The translations under genes were made by a program, and so were the position numbers. The notes beneath the pieces were generated by a model that made no database searches, was not told the origin of the DNA, and worked only from the letters and a program-made list of their open reading frames with translations. A stretch of 64,000 nucleotides of DNA from Geosiphon pyriformis uo1 (taxonomy: Eukaryota > Fungi > Glomeromycota): positions 1 through 64,000 of the forward strand of contig JAAOMT010000710.1 of the NCBI GenBank assembly GCA_016748015.1, in the 5' to 3' direction. Shown here piece by piece: positions 63,996 through 64,000 of the stretch (the first letter of the stretch is position 1; each line of letters starts with the position of its first letter).

Positions 63996-64000
63996 TAATA

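Overview
This is eukaryotic, transposon-dominated DNA with short GT-AG introns. The gene and TE families look like those of Glomeromycotina/Mucoromycota fungi; resemblance to Geosiphon-type repeats is recalled, not searched. Only two CpG-retaining islands exist. The first (1-4400) holds a septin-like transmembrane gene and a decayed IS607-type element with a serine recombinase remnant and a Fanzor2/TnpB RuvC nuclease. The second (47640-50130) holds a spliced PD-(D/E)XK-like gene. The rest is nested, transition-riddled TEs: two full-length and two partial RNase H-bearing LINEs, an ORF1-only LINE derivative, a Sola3-like transposase split by an LTR insertion, pogo-type remnants, an unclassified CAGT-ended TIR element, three solo LTRs and two complete, divergent Ty3/gypsy elements. 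The most novel signal is the architecture shared by the two gypsy elements. Both have a putative GUG-started extended Gag, a Cys-rich domain plus dUTPase between protease and RT, a stop codon at the same position after RNase H so that integrase appears to be its own ORF, and a conserved non-env ORF3 ending at the PPT. Their LTRs carry hairpins, with a compensatory change in element 2. All translations and alignments were done by eye.
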